Of a DNA stretch of 48,659 nucleotides, positions 48,542 to 48,659 are shown one piece after another. Numbering within the stretch: the stretch's first letter is position 1; every line of letters starts with the position of its first letter. Both the position numbers and the translations under genes were made by a program. This DNA comes from Terrimicrobiaceae bacterium (GTDB lineage: Bacteria > Verrucomicrobiota > Verrucomicrobiia > Chthoniobacterales > Terrimicrobiaceae): contig JBIIPZ010000024.1 of assembly GCA_044342325.1 (NCBI GenBank), positions 1-48,659 of the forward strand, in the 5' to 3' direction. The notes under the pieces were generated by a model. The model saw only the letters and a program-made list of their open reading frames with translations. It did not search any database and was not told the origin of the DNA.

Positions 48542-48659
48542 CACTACTGTCCGGCTATAAGTTAAACAGCTCCATTTGATTAGAATTCTGACTACTTGGC
48601 TTTTGGGAAGTGGTTTTCATAAGCAATTCATTTAAAGGCATTTTTTCAAACGGGTGAAC
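48542..48659 (-). mobile_element. End of an IS4-family insertion sequence (terminal IR plus last 34 codons of the transposase), truncated by the window edge
   Basis: Minus strand 48659..48555 reads VHPFEKMPLNELLMKTTSQKPSSQNSNQMELFNL*, resembling IS4 (DUF4372-type) transposase tails. It is followed by CCGGACAGTAGTG (IR-like CACTACTGTCCGG) and shows an abrupt AT-rich shift. Confidence 0.75.

Overview
A GC-rich bacterial chromosomal window. The EF-G N-terminal extension and insert, the long-leader AmtB and the HTH-MBL protein suggest Verrucomicrobia (inference). Most of it is housekeeping or metabolic: icd, rpsL-rpsG-fusA, a Dus, an APC/USP permease, an ABC exporter, a sigma54 activator, sucCD, feoAB, thiE, amtB-PII with a clear sigma54 promoter, agmatine deiminase, glycosyltransferases, hldD, galM and a Moco biosynthesis cluster. 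The most unusual items are: (1) a probably leaderless CxxC/Pro-tailed upstream ORF followed by a structured spacer and a TonB-dependent receptor-PepSY-exbB-exbD-tonB operon, resembling CruR/DUF2946 metal-sensing attenuation but without the RAPP motif; (2) two tandem cytoplasmic SAM-domain/FGE-sulfatase (C-type-lectin fold) fusion genes, one with a 1-nt frameshift, next to the 3' end of an Rpn/YhgA-like gene; (3) MobA-MoaD and MOSC-FdhD fusions; (4) several REP/REPIN/MITE-like elements, two sharing a 25-bp cap, one abutting the end of an IS4-family element at the right edge; (5) a 47-aa FeoB-associated Cys-rich ORF missing from the ORF track. No rRNA, tRNA, CRISPR array or reverse transcriptase was recognised.
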